Origin: Dudresnaya verticillata
Lineage: Eukaryota
Assembly: GCA_977862235.1 (NCBI GenBank)
Contig: OZ374562.1
Span: 1,178,001-1,242,000 of the forward strand
DNA length: 64,000 bases
Direction of reading: 5' to 3'
The notes under the pieces were generated by a model. That model saw nothing but the letters and a program-made list of their open reading frames with translations, was not told where the DNA came from and searched no databases. The position numbers were made by a program, and so were the translations under genes. Each line of letters begins with the position of its first letter. The stretch's first letter is position 1. Shown in pieces: positions 60,547 to 64,000 of the stretch.

Positions 60547-61223
60547 GGTAGGATATGTCCTTAGGTAGGAATGAGTGGTCAGGCCACAAGACAAGCGCGG
60601 CGCCACTGTCAGGCGCCGCGGGGCAAACATCCGCCAGCAATGCAGCGCGCGATGCTGCGGCCATAGTTAATCCCCAAATGGCACAGTGCCATATCAGCAG
60701 TGTGCCTTACAGATTGACTCTGTACACGTGTTGCCTTACAGCGCAGGAGCGCTTCAGCAATTAAATCAATCTGTAAGCCAGCCATATCATCCGGGCGGTT
60801 GTGCGCCGGTCATTCCTTATAGAGGACTCGTGTCCACGTGGCTCCTTACAGGGCGTCAACGCCCGTTATACCACAAAGCTCCGTTCCGAGAAGCCATGGA
60901 CAAGTGCCGCCACAGGCACCAGCAATCCCGACGTTGCCGGTGAAGGACGGAAAGTCGCCAAGGTCCTCGCCTTAGTCGTAGGACCTGGCAGCAGGCCAAT
61001 CATGTAGAAAGGCATGGCAGCCCGGCGCATGTGCGCTGGGTCTGCATTGTGAGCGTACGCTACAGTAGAGCGCATCACTTGGAGCATCAGCACGGCGAGT
61101 CGGCTGAGTACTCAGCAGGCGTCCGTACTCTATACAGAGCTCACGTCACGACGCCACTGCGGGTCGGGTGTCGGGGCTATTAGCCTGCGGGCGCTACGGC
61201 GTCTTGAGCGCCCAGGGGCTACA

Positions 61224-61365
61224 CTCTTCGCAACACGTTGTGCTGTACCGGGGCAAATAAAGGGGCACTACCGTGACCCATTCTCGAACTCGCAGGCTCG
61301 CTGACATCATCATTTGCGGAATATTCTGCCGGCGCTACGGCCGCGCCTCTCCTCTTGGTAGCCAT
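61224..61365 (-). pseudogene. gag: Gypsy C gag N-terminus
   Basis: MATKRRGAAV...APLFAPVQHNVLRR joins in frame to 46373 through TSD CTCT. Confidence 0.75.
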
Positions 61366-61454
61366 CAATAATCCGACATCGGAACGTGAAAGACCATTCC
61401 GTATAAAAATCCGTCGTTGAGAATGCATTCGCCCTCTGCAGAAAGAGAGATTTC

Positions 61455-61805
61455 TCTAGACGCTCTTCTGCCTCAACCAGCACTCGGTGTGGTGTATGAA
61501 AGATCTCTGCCGTCTTCTCCTGGAAGGCGGCGGACCGAGGCAATTTATGTTGACCTCGGTGCAGGGCACGACCGGGATTGCGTAGTAAAGTACTGTAGCA
61601 ACGTACTTATGTCAATTTTAACCGTTAGGTACAAGGGCCCTCTCCCTCTGTCCTACTGGAACGGGTCGTGCAAAGCCTAAACGGCAGCAATGTGGCTTTA
61701 ACTTGCTTGAAGCCGGTTGCTCTGTACAACCAGTCGATGCTTGTCAACCTCTGCGCGTTACGACTGGTAACCGGAACCATCTACAGGGACAAATGCTACT
61801 ACTGA
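61455..61805 (-). repeat. 5' LTR of Gypsy C
   Basis: Direct repeat of 38862-39210, ~90 bp upstream of the gag ATG. Confidence 0.8.
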
Positions 61806-64000
61806 ATATCATTCGTTAGTTTCACCACTGGCTTCCCGCATTCTCCAGCTCACCGACCTCGCAGTGAATCGTAGACGTCCAGTTTGTCCAGGCCTTCCAA
61901 TAGTCATCAGCGGTTAAGTCATTAACGTTTTCCGCTGCTCGTCTTGCTTCTATAAAGTTGTGATGATGATGCTCCATTAAAAAACAGAAATTCAACACGT
62001 CGATAGAGGCATAGGCTGCATTCCAGCAGCTCCACGAGGGCATACTGGTGGATGAGTGTATCGTTAAGATATCGATCATGAAAGTTCTACGGCAGTCTCT
62101 ATATCATACAAGTCGTACAGAGTCGGAACAGCCGAAAATATTGGAAATGCTGTACTTACATATGCAGGACATTTACAACACCTGAACACGCGACGGACAT
62201 GAAGCTGCATAAATGCATGAGAACTAGGCTCTTTCATATTGTTTGGTCATTTGAATTGGACAAACGAACACACTTTATTATTGTCCAGAGATGATGGCAA
62301 CAATGATACAATCGTCGAACTTACAGAATCTGCCATGATGCACAGCCACTAGCATTCAAATAGGATCCCTGTAGTACCTGTGCCTGGGATTTCTGCAGAA
62401 ATTGTCTAGGGATCTCCATACCAACGCAATGGATGCATCGTTAAAAAGCATGAGGTCTCCCGACACCGTAATGTCACTCAGTGTAATTTTTTAATGGAAA
62501 AGTATCTCATGGAATGGTATGCAAAGTCGATGTCGACAAGTGTAGACTGTTCTGCAACCGGTCGTAGTCATTTATTAAAGTGATTTTACGCCGCATGCTC
62601 GAGCATGAACAGGGGGTCCCCATTGGATCCCCATAAATGCTGTGCCTGGTGTGCCAGCTGCCGTAACAAGAAAGGGCCTTGCTGGCCAGGATTTACAAGC
62701 TGAGTCAGCAAGGCTCAAATGTTGTGCCTTCGTTCGTCGGCAACATCTAATGGTGTGCATGATGATCGTACAGCTCCTGATTCAAACCCTAGTATACTCG
62801 TCAAGTGCCTCTCTCGAGGTTCAGCTGTGTTTACAAGCGTCTTTTCCGAACACCGCTTGCAATGTAGCACCTAATCGCCGCTGAACCGGGATGTGAGCGC
62901 GAGAGAAGGGGGCTGATATACACTCGTCACATGCACGTTCCCGACCCGTGTTGTTCGGAACTCCTTAGCAACTCTCCTGTGACGAGTCTCGAACCTCGAG
63001 GAACTCGTGACTATTACATCAGCTGTGAGGGGCTCCACTCAGATCTTCAGAATAAAGGCACGCGTAAGGAAAGACACCACTCGCCGCTTTTTCGACAATG
63101 CCCGCGCGAACCATGTCAGGTGAAGGGCCCTGTCAAGACGCCACGCGACAACAGGCTAACGATGTGAGCATTCTGATACGGTCGCCTGTCTTAAGGGGAA
63201 TTTCCCTTCTACATAGGCTGAGGAATGTGAAGACTGCAGACGCATGCTTCTCTCCGTATCAAACACGACTCTCGTTTCGCCAAGCTTTGAGCTTGAGATC
63301 ATCAGGTCAGGTCACAGCCAGACTTGTCCATTCAGAGGGGAGTGGAGCGCAAAAAAGTAACATGTTGATCGGAAATACACACCACCTGCGCCCAAACACT
63401 GCTAGTGTACACAGCTAGAGCTTCAAACTAACTTATCAACTTGGATTTTCAACTTGGATTTGCAAGCTTGCGGAACCGAAGAGCGGGAAAAAAGGCTATT
63501 GAAACACCTCCTTTGGGATCCAACTTACACGTAGCTTTTCGACGTTCGATGCATTACACACGGAACTGCCAAACGCGCCGGGACTTGGACAGGGACCATG
63601 TGATCTGTCCGTGCGCGTGCCTTTTGCACTCCGCACTCCGGCATTGTCTCCAAGTACAGTAGATGACACCGACAGTGTGGTCTAAAAAGATTTTTCGTGG
63701 CTGGTTGGGTGGAGCAGCAAAGCAGCTTTGCTCGCTTGGTGGCGCAACATAGCTCATTGCTCGCTTGGTGGTGCAACAAAGCTGCTTTGCTGCTCCACCA
63801 AGCGAGGCACAAAACCCCAGGCCCAGATCACATTCTTAGCTTGTGGTACAGTATAGTACTTGCGGAGGACAGATAGTACTGCGCTATTGCCACGATCGGC
63901 AACAGTTACATGAGCTGCGTCCAGTAATGAAATCCAGTGACAACCTTTTCTGTCCTGCGTGCGGCGACATTACTTGGCAAGGCGTTGGTTTGCTCCTGGT

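Larger units (their letters stand above)
46378..61223. mobile_element. TGTGACAAG-family solo LTR split by a ~14.3-kb insertion (own sequence 46378-46555 and ~60866-61223)
   Basis: TGTGAC...GCTACA ends; TSD CTCT (46374-46377 / 61224-61227); both halves match the intact copy at 43437-43975. Confidence 0.85.
38862..61805 (-). mobile_element. Chromodomain Ty3/Gypsy element C, expanded to ~23 kb by nested insertions; LTR limits approximate
   Basis: Direct repeats ~38862-39210 and ~61455-61805; gag start 61365, gag pieces 45612-46377 and 43976-44053, pol 39270-43436. Confidence 0.85.

Noticed and set aside
61810..64000. Host gene or Cys-rich (CxC/KDZ-like) transposon relic on the minus strand
   Set aside because: Only short broken frames without a motif I can support. 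A translated profile search would be needed.

Overview
Eukaryotic, transposon-saturated DNA with no recognisable host gene, RNA gene or CRISPR locus. The TE families resemble those of red algae, but that is an inference. Contents from left to right: (1) an apparently identical 2.75-kb duplication at offset 11,458 bp, carrying a decayed Gypsy integrase; (2) two full-length, decayed Copia LTR elements, one with a half-tRNA-Met PBS and one GalEa-like with a palindrome where the PBS should be; (3) three decayed PIF/Harbinger transposases, two with Myb/NAM-like partner genes; (4) a 4.5-kb tyrosine-recombinase (DIRS/PAT-like) retrotransposon, ORF1-RT-RNaseH-MT-YR, with 328-bp direct repeats but no visible B repeat or ICR; (5) a 23-kb nest in which a chromodomain Gypsy (38.9-61.8 kb) is split by several solo LTRs, one of which contains a second, better preserved chromodomain Gypsy. 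That second Gypsy has a tightly constrained -1 frameshift site, a 7-unit repeat/spacer array after pol and a ~750-aa antisense ORF of unknown function. Many insertions are supported by target-site duplications whose removal restores the host reading frame. Identities and some boundaries were estimated by eye.
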